Of a stretch of DNA of 64,000 nucleotides, positions 43,729-56,817 are shown piece by piece. This DNA is from Octopus vulgaris (taxonomy: Eukaryota). The notes under the pieces are model-generated. The model was not told the DNA's origin. It made no database searches and was given only the letters and a program-made list of their open reading frames with translations. The translations under genes were made by a program, and so were the position numbers. How positions within the stretch are numbered: position 1 is the first letter of the stretch; each line of letters starts with the position of its first letter. The stretch is taken from contig OX597826.1 of the NCBI GenBank assembly GCA_951406725.2, forward strand, positions 55,552,001-55,616,000, given 5' to 3'.

Positions 43729-44649
43729 TGATATACATGTATATATATATATATATGAATATATATACATAATATACGTACATGCATATATGTAATGTGT
43801 TTGTGTGTGTGTATGTACAAATGTATGTATGTATGTATTAAACTATTATATATGCGTATGCGTGTGTTAAAGTGTGTATGAATGTATATGCATGCATATG
43901 TGTGAGACACGAGTAATTATTTAGGAAATTGTGGCTTTCGTGTCTCTGTATTGTATGGCATTAATTATTATATATCATGGTGTGCTATTTTCTTAAAATT
44001 TCAATGATCATTGATTTTTCACGCATAAACATTAGGCTGTTATCAGTGTACACATCTCCTCTCATTTCCATTCATAACGAAGCTCATTGTTCATTATATC
44101 CTTGTATATTTTGTGTAACTGTGTAGTTATGTGTTGAGATCGCTGCGTAGTTGTTTCGTTATGTAGTTGTGTTGCTGTTTGGTTATGTCGTTATATAGAA
44201 GCGGAGTTATGTCGTTGGGTGGCTGTGTGCAGTTATGTAGTTATGTAGCTATGTCGTTGTGCAGTTATTCCATGTAATTCCTTCTTCGTGAGGAATTAGA
44301 CGTAAAAGACTCTGGAGACCCGCTAAAGCTTTCACAATTTTAGAATAAAATTAAGTTATGCACCATTTATAAGAATTCTCTTGAGGAGGAAAGAATATTG
44401 AGAAGAGTAAGAATGAGAAGATGCAGAGGAGGAATTTTTCAAGCGTGGGAGGGAGAGAGACAACGGCTGAAAGATGACATAGAGAGGGTAAAAGAACTTA
44501 CAGACAAGAAACAGATATCGTTTTGAAAAGTCCTTCATTCTACAATGTTCATCCGTATTTTCTAAAGAAATATTAGAACGAACAGTTTGTTATTGCCAGT
44601 AAAAATCTAACACGGGGTATGCTTGAGGGGATTTAGTTAGCAAAGGAAT

Positions 44650-44735
44650 ATTTATTGAAATTCTCAAATAATTCTGTGTGTCTTGACGAAAGCGAATGCA
44701 GACGTTTCGATCTAGTTCATTCATCAAAGCCTCTT
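44650..44735 (-). other. Degenerate Penelope-type minimal hammerhead motif
   Basis: Minus strand GCT-TTGATGA-A-TGAACTAGATC-GAAAC-GTC-TGC, with AATAAA ~40 nt downstream. Confidence 0.45.
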
Positions 44736-44821
44736 CGCGACTAATATTAATATTTATATTATTCCATTCACAGACTTCAGTGGTGTTCCCTCACCGTAGA
44801 TAAATTATATATATATATATA

Positions 44822-45206
44822 AGTACTGGGCAGCATTATAGCCATGTGTTGACAAGATTTCTTTGGGATGTGAATAATTCACTTCTGGAAACATGGGTAT
44901 TTCGTTCAACATCCTTAAAAACCCTTAATTGAGGCGCCTTTTGAGCAGGATGGGTTACTCGAAAATTCTAACCGGGCCACGCGCTGTTTATCTTGATAAG
45001 AGATCACCACGTCGCGCAGATATCATTGTGATGCATGTGCTTGATGTAACTTTATCATATGGGTACTCATGATGGGTATACTAGGCTTCGTTTATTTGTA
45101 CCCCAGTGTCACTTTGATGGTAAGCACTGCTCTATCCCATACTACAACTACTACTACTACTACTACTACTACAACTACTACTACTACTAGTACTACTACT
45201 ACTACA

Positions 45207-45265
<59 letters not shown>
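44822..45265 (+). mobile_element. Probable retroposon 3' body ending in (CTA)n/(ATA)n
   Basis: GC-richer 320-bp block between (TA)n and a trinucleotide tail; only one copy in window, family recognised from memory only. Confidence 0.45.
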
Positions 45266-45266
<1 letters not shown>

Positions 45267-45472
45267 CCTTTCTACTATAGGGCTTGAAGTCTTGGTGGGA
45301 GGGGACCAGTCGGTTACATCGACCCCAGAATTTCACTGGTACTTAATCTATCGACTCCGAACGGATGAAAGGCAAAGTCGACCTCGGTGGAATGTGAACT
45401 CATAACGTAGCGACGGGCAAAATACTGCTAAGCATTTTGTCCAGCGTACTAGCGACTCTGCCAGCTCGCCAC
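45264..45472 (-). mobile_element. SINE-B
   Basis: CATCGACCCCAG...GGATGAAAGGCAAAGTCGACCTCGG...TCTGCCAGCTCGCC. Confidence 0.9.
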
Positions 45473-45659
45473 ATTTTTATAATAATAATAATAATAATGA
45501 TAATGTTTTCAGATTTTAACGCAAGGCCAGCAAGTTCGGAGGCAGGAGAAAATCGATCATATCGACCCCAGTTCTCAACTGGTATTTAATTTATCATGCG
45601 AATATCTAGTTGCTATTAACAGACTTTGTTCTCACTAATGTTAATATTAACATTAGGCC

Positions 45660-45810
45660 AGCGTGCTGGCTGAATTCTTATCATGCCGGGAAAAATCTTA
45701 GCGATATTTCGTCCATGTTTGCGTTCTGAGCTCAAATTCAACCGTGGTCGATTTTGCTTTTCATCCTATTGGGATAGATAAATTAAGTACCGGTGAAACA
45801 CTGGCGTCGA
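45660..45810 (+). mobile_element. SINE-B diverged
   Basis: GTTCTGAGCTCAAATTC...GTCGATTTTGCTTTTCATCC...GATAAATTAAGTACC. Confidence 0.8.
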
Positions 45811-45944
45811 CAAGGATTCTAGATTATTTTTCCGTTCTTTTTACTTAATTCTTGAGAGCAGTCGGGTTCATTTTTAGCATTATCGTCTGTGAGAGCAGTC
45901 GAGTTTATTTCAGATATTCTCATTTTAAAGATCACAAGCACACA

Positions 45945-46120
45945 TACCCACGCGCGCATGGCAGGCTTCCACACAGTATCTATCAACCAAATTTACTCAT
46001 TAGACATCGGTCGTCCCGGTGCCATAGTAGAAGACGTTTGACCAGGGTGCCGCGCTGTAGGACTAAACCCCAAACCACATATTTTCAAAGTGAGCTTCTT
46101 AACCACACAACCATTCCTGT
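45945..46120 (-). mobile_element. Old SINE-A 5' half
   Basis: GCCATAGTAGAAGACG...GGACTAAACCC...AACCACACAACCATTCCTG. Confidence 0.75.
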
Positions 46121-46656
46121 ATATAATATCTTTTCAGAAAAACATCAAATAGCTTTCGAAGCCAGTAATTTAACAAGTTATATACGTATAGAATCTATAC
46201 TTCAACTATGACTGAAAACACTGCCGGAGATTTCAAAGCATGTCATAGATTATTTCCTCTCTTATTATGAAGTTGACACCTGTCATTCGCCTTATCTGCT
46301 TGGTATTCTGGAAGAAAAAAATACTGTCTTTACTCGAGGCATCTCAGCTTCAGTTAGAATGAGCCGTGCATATCATTAATCAATGACAATGTTTAGAGCG
46401 TTGTACAATCTAGACGTCAAGACCCAACCTTTGTTCAAGCAATAAATGAATTAAGTCAAATAAACCCAGCACCTTGAAACTAGACACAGAGGACTTCTCT
46501 GCTAATTAGTCAAGCAGGGAAGGGCAGCGTCCAAGGACCTTTTTCCTTCGATGTCTCTGGAACTGATGGGAGAAGACTGGAAATTATCCACAAAACGCTT
46601 ATTCAATCTAAATGCGTTCAACAAACTGAATTTCGGTAAATGTATCCATTGTGCAT

Positions 46657-46875
46657 CGGTTGGTGGCAGAAATGTTAGAGCGTCGGAAACAAAACTCTTT
46701 GCCAATATTCTTCCAGCTCTTTACACTCCGAATTCAAGTCCTGCTGAGGTCAATTTTAACTTTCATTCCTCTGGGGTCGATTCGATGACCCAAGCTATCA
46801 GTTGTGTTACTGGAGTTTATGATATCGACTCACCTCTTCCCTCAAACTTTATGGTCTTGTCACTAAATTTGAAAC
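46657..46875 (+). mobile_element. SINE-B diverged
   Basis: GGTGGCAGAAATGTTAGAGCG...GAGGTCAATTTTAACTTTCATTCCTCTGGGGTCGAT. Confidence 0.7.
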
Positions 46876-47029
46876 AGCTAGGAGGGTGAGAGAGAATAAG
46901 AGAGAGAGAGTCAGACAGAGAGACAATTCAGTGCCGTTATAATGGTTTCACTCAGTAATGATCACCAGAAAAATGCGCAGTCAAGTCTATACCAGTTTCA
47001 AAGTGTCCAATAGAAAATCCTTGCTATAT

Positions 47030-47041
47030 TGTCATTATTAA

Positions 47042-47116
<75 letters not shown>

Positions 47117-47130
47117 CATTATTATTATTA

Positions 47131-47218
<88 letters not shown>

Positions 47219-47271
47219 TCTTCTTCTTCTTCATCTTCTTCTTCTTCTTCTTCTTATTATTATTATTATTA

Positions 47272-47362
<91 letters not shown>

Positions 47363-47379
47363 CATTATTATTATTATTA

Positions 47380-47449
<70 letters not shown>

Positions 47450-47480
47450 CATTATTATTATTATTAGTATTAGTATTATT

Positions 47481-47515
<35 letters not shown>

Positions 47516-47532
47516 CATTATTATTATTATTA

Positions 47533-47593
<61 letters not shown>

Positions 47594-47633
47594 TATCATT
47601 ATTATTATTATTATTATTATTATCATTATTATT

Positions 47634-47704
<71 letters not shown>

Positions 47705-47708
47705 CATT

Positions 47709-47770
<62 letters not shown>
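47030..47770. repeat. 740-bp (ATT)n/(ATC)n/(TTC)n microsatellite
   Basis: Directly visible. Confidence 0.98.
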
Positions 47771-48002
47771 CTTTCTCTTCTCTTTATCAATGATCTTTTT
47801 CTTCTCTTTATTTCCGTTCTTATCATTATCATATATTTCTGTTTAATCCAACAGTCTTCGATGCTGAAGCCTGCGACCACCTCTTTTGTCCAATGTTATA
47901 GCAGTCGTTTTAAGTGTAATTGTAGATATGTCACATGATCTTACTCAACACACTCTGAAAAATGAAGAATGTTCCTCGCCTGCAAAACATGGTTGTAGCT
48001 TA

Positions 48003-48217
48003 CGTGAGAGTGTTGAAAAGATCCTGGCTTTAGGTAAAAGAAAATACAAGAGGATCAGTCGATTGTGATTTCATTCAACGTATTCCTCTCTCAGGTTCAC
48101 ACACAAATTGAAGCGATCTTTCAGTTATTCTAAAACCCTGTAAAAGAACTCGAAAGTTTGGGCCTCCAACCAGGCCTTTCGAAATAACCTTAAAGCCAGG
48201 AACTTTTCAGCATCTCC

Positions 48218-48221
<4 letters not shown>
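48003..48221. mobile_element. Mariner-type MITE copy 1
   Basis: TIRs GTGTTGAAAAGATCCTGGCTTTA / TAAAGCCAGGAACTTTTCAGCA; TA flanks. Confidence 0.85.
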
Positions 48222-48257
<36 letters not shown>

Positions 48258-48401
48258 ATGCAGCACGGATTTTTGTCAGTGAACAGGTCGCGGATTTTAG
48301 CGACGAAAATATTTTGACTAATTAAACTTAAATGTTGAAGTGAATCGAACGGCTTTTGTGTGTTTCTTAAATGGCTTACAAACACCTTCCACGCTGCAAT
48401 T

Positions 48402-48449
<48 letters not shown>

Positions 48450-48454
48450 CTGTG

Positions 48455-48539
<85 letters not shown>

Positions 48540-48544
48540 GTGTA

Positions 48545-48762
48545 TAGGGAGTGCTGAAAAGTTCCTGGCTTTGGATAAAAGTAAATACAGGAGGATCAGT
48601 TAATTATGATTTTATTCAACATATGTCTCTCTCACATTTGCACACTTATTGCAGCAGTCCTTCAGTTTTTCTCAGCTCTGTAAAAAAACTCGGATGGTTG
48701 GGCCTGCAACCAGGCCTCTCGCGTTACCCTTAAAGCCAGGAATTTTTCAAACCCCCACCTCC
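48545..48762. mobile_element. Mariner-type MITE copy 2
   Basis: GTGCTGAAAAGTTCCTGGCTTT / AAAGCCAGGAATTTTTCA; internal sequence colinear with copy 1. Confidence 0.85.
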
Positions 48763-49847
48763 TCCTATAAAAGCTATAAGCATGTTGAATCCCACTACAC
48801 AATCCAAAATTTTTACAAAGCATCTACAGGAACATCTTCAGTGGCTCCCTCTACAGGTGACTGAATGTTTTACAAGTCGTTATAAAGCAATAGCTTGCAG
48901 GAATTTCATAATACTCCCCACCCCAATGAGATACAATATATAGGTCACTATCGATGTGTTCAACATGAAAGCCTTAAAGCAACCGAATCACTTATTAAAT
49001 ATAATTATAGAAGGGAAATAACTCAGGTGGATCATTGGCATGAATTTAGATCAGATGCCGTAGGGGAAATTTTCTTTTCAATTTATTTGAAAATTTTCAG
49101 CAAGCAACAAACAACACAACAATTAACAACATCAGCACACAAAACAACTTGCCTGTGTGTATATGAGTGAGTGTGAGTGTGTGTGAGTAAGCGTGCATGT
49201 GTCTATGTGAATGAATCTTTGTATATCTGCGTAGCACTAGTTAAAATATACATACACGTGCATATGCAGGTATGCAAAAGCCCAGATGTATACATATATC
49301 ACATATGCACATATACACACTTCTTATTGACTGTACATTAAAAGTGTGTCATCCATAAAAAGGAAAGCAAGTTGCGTGAATTAGAGGCATACGTGGATAG
49401 AGTTTATGGTTTCAGCTGTTTTCTGAGGGCAGACAACCACTCCTAGGAAAACTTAGTGACTTGTAGGGATGCAGTATTTCGTTATGCAAACGTAATCTAT
49501 ATATTAAAAACACAGGATCAGTGTCAGCCTGTGTTTGTCATGTCGTGAACACTGGAGATTCAATCAACCGATATTAAATGAAATTTTACACATGCATTAC
49601 ATAGGGTCTATGGAGTGTCTTAGGCCTACAAAGTTTCACCCTCTTGCTTAATGTGGTCCTAGGGGCAGATAAACCACATTTTTAAAGCATTTTGGCAACG
49701 TTAGGGTCCGTAAATTGAAGAGTATTCAGTCGCTTTCCTCCAAATTTGCAACAAACATTAATCAGGCTCCTCGTATTGCCCTTGGCTAAAACAAATATTC
49801 CAACGCTGACTATGCGCACCTCCCCAAATGCGGATTAATTATATTTG

Positions 49848-50744
49848 AGTAATTTTCAGCCATCCATTCCTGTGGTACTAGAGCCATGTGTGATAGTGCA
49901 GAGGCTTACTAAAACACATATCACCTTCCATTGTATGCACTGTCTATCCAGGACTTAACAATTATTTCCAGGACCTCAATGTAGGCGGCAGAGTTAACCC
50001 TAAGTCCTTATGGAAAGAAGTAAAGGGGCATCACATGCCTTTCATTGCTGGCAATACCTAAAACCATGACAGTTGCAGGAAATTTTGTATGCATAACACT
50101 TGGAACTTCAGAAAGGTCTGTACCTAACCATCTGTCATTTCTTCAATTAACTTTTTGATCATAGTCGAAGTTTTCTCGTTTGAGAAAAACACATCCAATT
50201 TTCTTCTCCTGGAATTTTCTGTTTGTGTAAGAGCCTTTCAGATCTGGTGTAATGATTTTCTTTTGCTTTTTCTGACAAATTAACCTTTCCTCGACATATA
50301 AGACTGATATATCTGATATCTTCGTGGATAATATTTCTAACTGTTCCTTCTGGCACATGGAGATCTTTTTCAATTGACCTCATAGATTTTCTGGGATTGT
50401 AATCAATGGTCTGTTGTACTTACTGGATAAATTCAGGTGTTCTGATGATTCCAGAGCATTTAGAATGTTTTTTTATGCTTTGATACTGGTGATACCTTTC
50501 CATCTTCAGTCTCTAACTCCTTACAAACTTTGTAGACGAAAAACCTGGTAAATTTTAAAACTTGAGATATTTCTAAATCACTATGCTCAGCCTTTATAAC
50601 TACAATAACAGCATGCCTCTTCATTTCTTGAGTAAGCTGAAGGTCTGCCACTATTATTTTCTGAAGCAAAGATTATACAGAGTTAGGAAAAAAATGCAGC
50701 AATGACCCAAAAAACATATGCCCTCAAATACCTTACGCCCCCTG
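49848..50744 (-). mobile_element. DD37D maT-like Tc1/mariner transposon, decayed, 3'-truncated
   Basis: TA|CAGGGGG end at 50744; MKRHAVIVVIKAEHSDLEISQVL; NPRKSMRSIEKDLHVPEGTVRNIIHEDIRY; QKVN*RNDRW; MHTKFPATVMVLG; GLRVNSAAYIEVLE..VKSWI; QEWMAEN. Confidence 0.93.
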
Positions 50745-51278
50745 TATATACGACGGAATTCTTTCAGTTTATCTATCCATATCGTGTAATTTAATTATCA
50801 TAAGGGCAATCTTTGATAATAGCGTTTCACTTTCGTTTTCCCATTTCGGTTTTTTAAACTACAAATGGTATTTCTTTGTTTAACAATGTCGGAATGGTTC
50901 TTTATCTCTCCGATGCTGCTCTACGGCCAACTGTATTTTTTTTCTAACAGTAACTTTTTGGCTTCGATAAGAAGTAGTTTCCGTTTAGCTACTGTTGTTA
51001 TTGCTGCTATTGTTGTTAAAATTTATTGTTGTTCATTTCTGTGTTGTTGAATTCTTTTGCGTTTGAGTTGTAATTTTTTAAGTTATCATTCTGAGACGGA
51101 TTTTGGTATGATTGCGTAAGACAGTTTACATTTTTTTTTCCTTCTTTAGCAGCAACACATAAATAATTCAATAGCGATAACAATAAAAGTGATAAACAAC
51201 AATACCACACAAAATAATTTTTAATTGCGCCAAAAAAATTATTGCAGATGACAAAATGCTGAACTTAGCACTGCGTCA

Positions 51279-51310
<32 letters not shown>

Positions 51311-51339
51311 GCAATAATGATAACGATGACGACGTCGAC

Positions 51340-51397
<58 letters not shown>

Positions 51398-52125
51398 TAA
51401 AATAATAATAACAACAACGATAATGACAATAACGGTAATTCTTCCTTGGCTGCCGAACAAAATTGTACCAACTACTGCTTGACAAAGTGAATATGTCACC
51501 ATATTATCAAAGATCGCTATAATGAGCTTTCTTATTATCAAAATTTCAGTGGAAAAACTAATTAAAACTAATTAAATATTAAAGATTAAATTTCATTGAC
51601 CAGCGACTCTATTTGTTTATTTTTTATGTCTGTTTTATTTATTTTTTATTAGTTTTAATCTCACAGTAAAATTAATGCCATTATACACTAAATTAGTGGG
51701 TAATAAATTATTTAAATCTGTAAAAGGATAAAAAATAATCTTTATCAAAACAGATTAAAACGATTCACCGGTGACTATTTTATAACAGCCGGTATAAACC
51801 TTCATTGTAATTTAATACCATAATTGGTGGACCTCAAGAATCAACACGTAGAAACTGAGTTTATATTTCTTTAAGACGTTTTTTTTTTTCATTTATTTCA
51901 TTTTATTTTTTTTTACTTTTACTCGTGGTGACTTCCGTTCTTTAAAAACTTTCTCTTTTGAATACTTTCGGGAGCTCTTTAATTATAAGTCTGATAAACA
52001 TAAACTTCTAAATCCTTTTAATCATGAATTCAAATTTCATCTTGATAATGAATAAATATTAAACATGATGACATCATTGAATTTCTACTGAAAAGCTAAA
52101 ACTCTCTCTCTCTCTCTCTCTCTCT

Positions 52126-52178
<53 letters not shown>

Positions 52179-53058
52179 CGTGAAGTAGGAATCAATTGGT
52201 TCTATTAAGATTAATGCGTTTATAGGAATTAACTTGATTTATTTTTAAAGAATATATTGTTACATATTATTATAATACAATATATTTCATGTTGTTTTAT
52301 TAAAATACACAATTAAATATCATTCATGAAGAATATGTTTTAGTTATTTTAATAGTATGAACTATCACATAATAATATAATATAATATATTTCACTTTAT
52401 TATAATAGAATATACTATTATATATGGTAGAATATACATGATGGTTTAATAGAATATGCTATTACAGGAATTAATATCGTTTTCTAAGCCATAGCTATGT
52501 CTACTAAACGTCAATAAATATAAAAGTAGGAAAATATCGAACAATTAAAGTATTATAATCATTTCTTAATTTCTTTATATTTCTGTCAATTTCCGGATAA
52601 TGGATTTTGATTTAGGCACAAGGGCAACAATATTGAGAAGATGAGGCTAGTCAATACAATCGATCCTGGTGCTTGAGTGGTGCTCTTAAATACAGGGTGT
52701 GATGGTATCGACCCACCTCCTTCCCCCAATATTGCATCTCTTGTTCCTAAAATCAATTATTTGGAAGTTGACAAAAATATTTAGAAATAAATAAAAATGC
52801 TTTCGCTTTCTCTGCGTGTCGATACTTAAGGTCTGCTCCATAATTAACTTGATTACACCGTGTAATTATTTACATTTAAATCAGCATAAAAGAAATGTTT
52901 CTCAATTTACGCCAGATAATATTCATTTGAAACTAGGACGTTATTTTACATTGGTCTTTCATTAATTTTTTTTTGTGTGTGTAAATATTGTTACGGTTAG
53001 CGTCGTACAAAAATGAAAAATAAAACAATTGTAAATACTTAAGTAAATATTTAAAATA

Positions 53059-53437
53059 CACTACCGTCAGAAATTAATTAGCACCCTTGATTTGCTCTTC
53101 ACTCAAGGTATGTGCTGTCACCTAGTGGCCATATCTCGAACTATTGCTTTGTTGCGAGTTCACTGTTGCGCAGAACGATGACGTAACTTTGTTTGCAGAG
53201 CAGTTTGAGAGTCTACAGCCTTATGATGTTGACATAGCAGTGCAACAACAACTTGGAGTGCGGATGTAGACAAACTACCTTTGTTTAATAGATATAGGTA
53301 GCGCCTCGCAAGGACCGAAATCACACCATACTAAGTTTTCTCATCGCGTAAGACGTTTTGAACAGCTCATAGATTAATTGATTTAACCTATTTAATGTAG
53401 AAATTTGAGAAGTGCTAATTAATTTCTGACGCAAGTG
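53059..53437. mobile_element. Tc1-like MITE (379 bp) with TA target duplication
   Basis: TA|CACTACCGTCAGAAATTAATTAGCAC ... GTGCTAATTAATTTCTGACGCAAGTG|TA (24/26 complementary). Confidence 0.92.
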
Positions 53438-54137
53438 TATGATGCTATTCCAGCTTTTAGTGATGAGAAATTACTAATTAGATTATGAGAAAAACTTCCA
53501 CAAAAGAAATATGAAATCTTCAAAACATTTGAAAACAAATCTTCCATATAAAATTGAAAGGGGATGTAGGCTACGTTTGTGACGAAAATAAAAGAATTAA
53601 AGATCGATCTACAGTTGGGGACTAAATTGTTAAACAAAGGTGTCAACTGGAGAAAGATTTTGTAACATTGTTGAAAATTTCATTACTTATGGTGAACTGT
53701 GAAAAACTTCATACCAATGGTGAAACATATTAGGCTGCATCTGGTGTTGAGGAGGATCCAATTATGAAGTCTAGAAATTAGGAGGAATTATGGGGTTACT
53801 CCTTAGTCACGTCTGTTCCCATGCCTGTCTCGGGCTGTGTTGATAGCACATGTCAAACTCCCCCCACTCCCCAGTTAAAAGTGCAGACAATATTCTTGAA
53901 GCTAAAATATAGAGGACTGGAAGGGGACTTGTATGTGTCACAGAGATCCAACGGATTATGGAGATGTCTTAATGTCACGTGAACCAGTTCCCATGCCAAA
54001 GGGTTAAATAGGCCCTCAAGTATAATCTCGGTAAAACAGAAGAATAGCAGAGAAAACACTAGATAATCCAACAGACGATGACATGTAAACTCTGCCGCAT
54101 GTTCGTAATCAAAATCATGAATCTTCAAGCTTTGTCA

Positions 54138-54252
54138 TGCTCGGCCCGAAGTTATTGTAGGAGACACTTGTCCAAGCCGCAGCGTAGTAGGACTGAACCC
54201 CGGGACCATGTTGTTGGGAAGCAAGCTTCTTATCACACGGCCACGCCTGCGC
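54138..54252 (-). mobile_element. SINE-A 5' fragment
   Basis: TCGGCCCGAAG...GGACTGAACCC...GCCACGCCTGCGCC. Confidence 0.85.
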
Positions 54253-55044
54253 CAAAATCTGCGAATATGTTATTCAATTAGCATTCCTTTCGTAGTGCGA
54301 TAGGGTTTGATTTTTACGAGATGTGGATAAGTTTCCAGCAAAAATTGAGTCAACATGGTAAATTTGAATGCTTATAAATGTAAGGGAACACAAAGATAAC
54401 AACAGCGTCTCGATAAAGAACAACTGAACTTTTCTAATTGACTGAAGACCATTAAAAATCTGGCCGAAAGTTTTCTTTGAATAAACATCTGACGTCAACA
54501 ATAAACTGGCCAACTAAAGCTGTTTATGACAGGTCCAGTATAATGTGTTCAACTCGATAGAGGACAGCAGATTACAGAGTAGACCAAAGGACAGTAGAAT
54601 AGAGAGGAAATCAGAGGATAGAACCCAGTCATTTATTCAGTATAAACAGATGTCTGGATATCAGTCAAAGATGAAGAGTACCACATAAAGTACTTGATCT
54701 GTTACTATCTTGAGTGTAACACAATAGCAGATAAAATATGTATTACATTCCCTATCTCCACCCCCAACCTCTCCTTCTTTCTCCTCCCTCTTTCTCTCTC
54801 CTCCCTCTTTCATATTCACTTCACTACGGTAGCAGATCACAACCAAATCAGTGTATGAAAAGACCCTTGCACCACATCACATCTTCTCTTGTTCCCAACC
54901 GGATTGTCGTATTTGTTTGAAACTTTCAACAGTAAAGTTGTGCTATAGTGGTGCAGTCCTGATGAAAAAGTTGGTGCTACTGTTTTCTCTCTGGTATTAT
55001 GATGTGTTCAGAAGTGTTTTAAAATTCATAAAAATATTAATTAT

Positions 55045-55294
55045 ATTTTACATTATTTACATTATTTACAATTGACGGATTTTGTCCTCGTCTTGTTTGT
55101 TATTAACACAACACTACGGCTGATATACCCTTCAGCCTTCATCAGGTGTCTTGGGGAAATTTCGAACCTGGATTCTCATTCCTAAGGTATTTTTCGATGT
55201 TGTTATTGTTATTGTTATTATTATTCAGGTCACTGCCTGGAATCGAACTCGGAATTTTGAGGTTAGTAGCCCGCGCTCTTAACCACTACGCTAT
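55045..55294 (-). mobile_element. SINE-E: tRNA-headed short retroposon with internal minimal hammerhead fold and (TGTAAATAA)n tail
   Basis: A box TAGCGTAGTGG, B box AGTTCGATTCC; GACAC-CTGATGA-A-GGCTGA-loop-TCAGCC-GTAGT-GTT-GTGTT at 55150-55105; 9-mer tandem tail. Confidence 0.75.
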
Positions 55295-55431
55295 AAATTT
55301 TAGTTAATTTCAATTGGGAAAAAATTATTTGTAAAACGAGTAAATCTTAACATGAGCTCGGTCATGGAACGAATTAAACTCTTACTGCGATATCTCACTG
55401 TACTAGAGAGAAACATTTATCACGACAGTCT

Positions 55432-55770
55432 TAGCTAAGTGGTTAGAGCGTCGAGCTTACGATCGTGAGGTTGTGAGCTCGAATCCCGGACCGGGCTGCG
55501 TGTTGTGTTCTTGAGCAAGGCACTTTATTTCACGTTGCTCCAGTTCACTCAGCCGTAGAAATGAGTTGCGACGTCACTGGTGCCAAGCTGTATCGACCTT
55601 TGTCTTTCCCTTGGATAACACTAGTGGCATGGAGAGGGGAGGCTGGTATGCATGGGCGACTGCTGGTCTTTCATAAACAACCTTGCTCGGACTTGTGTCT
55701 AGGAGGGTAACTTTCTAGGTGCAATCCCATGGTCATTCATGACCGAAGGGGGTCTTTACCATTTACCCTT
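55432..55770 (+). mobile_element. SINE-C (CORE-like) with tail 3
   Basis: TAGCTAAGTGGTTAGAGCG...GCTCGAATCCC, CORE-like block, body reverse-complementary to 60435-60768. Confidence 0.92.
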
Positions 55771-56376
55771 ATTACTGTTATGCACACGGTAATACTACAG
55801 AGAATATAATGAAAGCCAATAGAGCCAATATTAAAGAGAAGATAGTAGAGTCAATCTTTATCCGGGCAATATCCTCAAAAACACCAGGGAATAAGATGGT
55901 ATCAACGGTGTCATCACAGCTATATCAACAAAAACACTACCGAGCAGAAAGTATTACTAACAATGTCATCGCAGCTATATCGATTATGTTGCGATTATAT
56001 AAAGGACAAATGGATTGGGTAATGAACTTCATTAACTAACAGCTGTTTCTGCTATAAGATGCCATGCGCTCATAGTTGAGTGTGTGTGTATCACCTTATC
56101 GCTTCGTCGGAACATGAGGTTATCAATATCGCTATGCGTAAGCGAAATGTTAAATTTCAACTATAATTTGACAGACATGACGGTCTCTGAGAGTGTCATC
56201 ATTACTATACTTATACTCAGTATATTACTACCGGAAAGACAGTTATCCTGACGCTGTTATGGCTGTTATGCACACTGTAATTTAGTATATATAAGTCACA
56301 GTATGTCTGTGTATAATGACTAATGCATACATTTCCACAATTCTCAACCGATTTTCACCACACTTTACACACACGA

Positions 56377-56517
56377 ACCAAGCGGTTCGGCAAAAGAGAC
56401 CGATAGATAAGTAATAGGCTTACAAAGAATAAGTCCTGGGGTCGATTTGCTCGACTAAAAAGGCGGTGCTCCAGCAAGGCCACAGTCAAATGACTGAAAC
56501 AATTAAAAGAGTAAAAT
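56377..56517 (+). mobile_element. SINE-A 3' part
   Basis: AGCGGTTCGGCAAAAGAGACCGATAG...CTGAAACAATTAAAAGAGTAAAA. Confidence 0.92.
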
Positions 56518-56529
56518 AGTATTACTGTG

Positions 56530-56817
56530 ATGGCGTATGGCCTAGTAGTTATGATGTTGCACTCGCGATTGCGATATTGTGGGTTCGATCGGCGAACAGG
56601 GAGGTGCGTTGTGTTCTTTAGCAAAACACTTCATTTCAGTTTACTTTATGTCCACTTCGACATCTGATCTGTGGCATACCGTACACCTTTACAGGTGTTA
56701 TCGACATGATGGAGGAAGCGAGCTAATGCGCATCACATACATTTGATAACAATAAGCAGATCATTTGTGCCGATTGTTCAACAAGAAATTGTAGAATAGT
56801 CTTCCTCAGATTCAACA
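56530..56817 (+). mobile_element. SINE-C-like head and partial CORE with a fourth 3' body
   Basis: TGGCCTAGTAGTT...GGGTTCGATC...GCGTTGTGTTCTTTAGCAAAACACTTCATTTC then unrelated sequence. Confidence 0.7.

Noticed and set aside
46210-46640. Possible exon or transposase fragment
   Set aside because: Multiple stops in the frames I read and no identifiable motif
49530-49845. Non-autonomous Helentron/DINE-like module (ACCGATATTAAATGAAATTTTACAC)
   Set aside because: Resemblance from memory only; single copy, no termini defined
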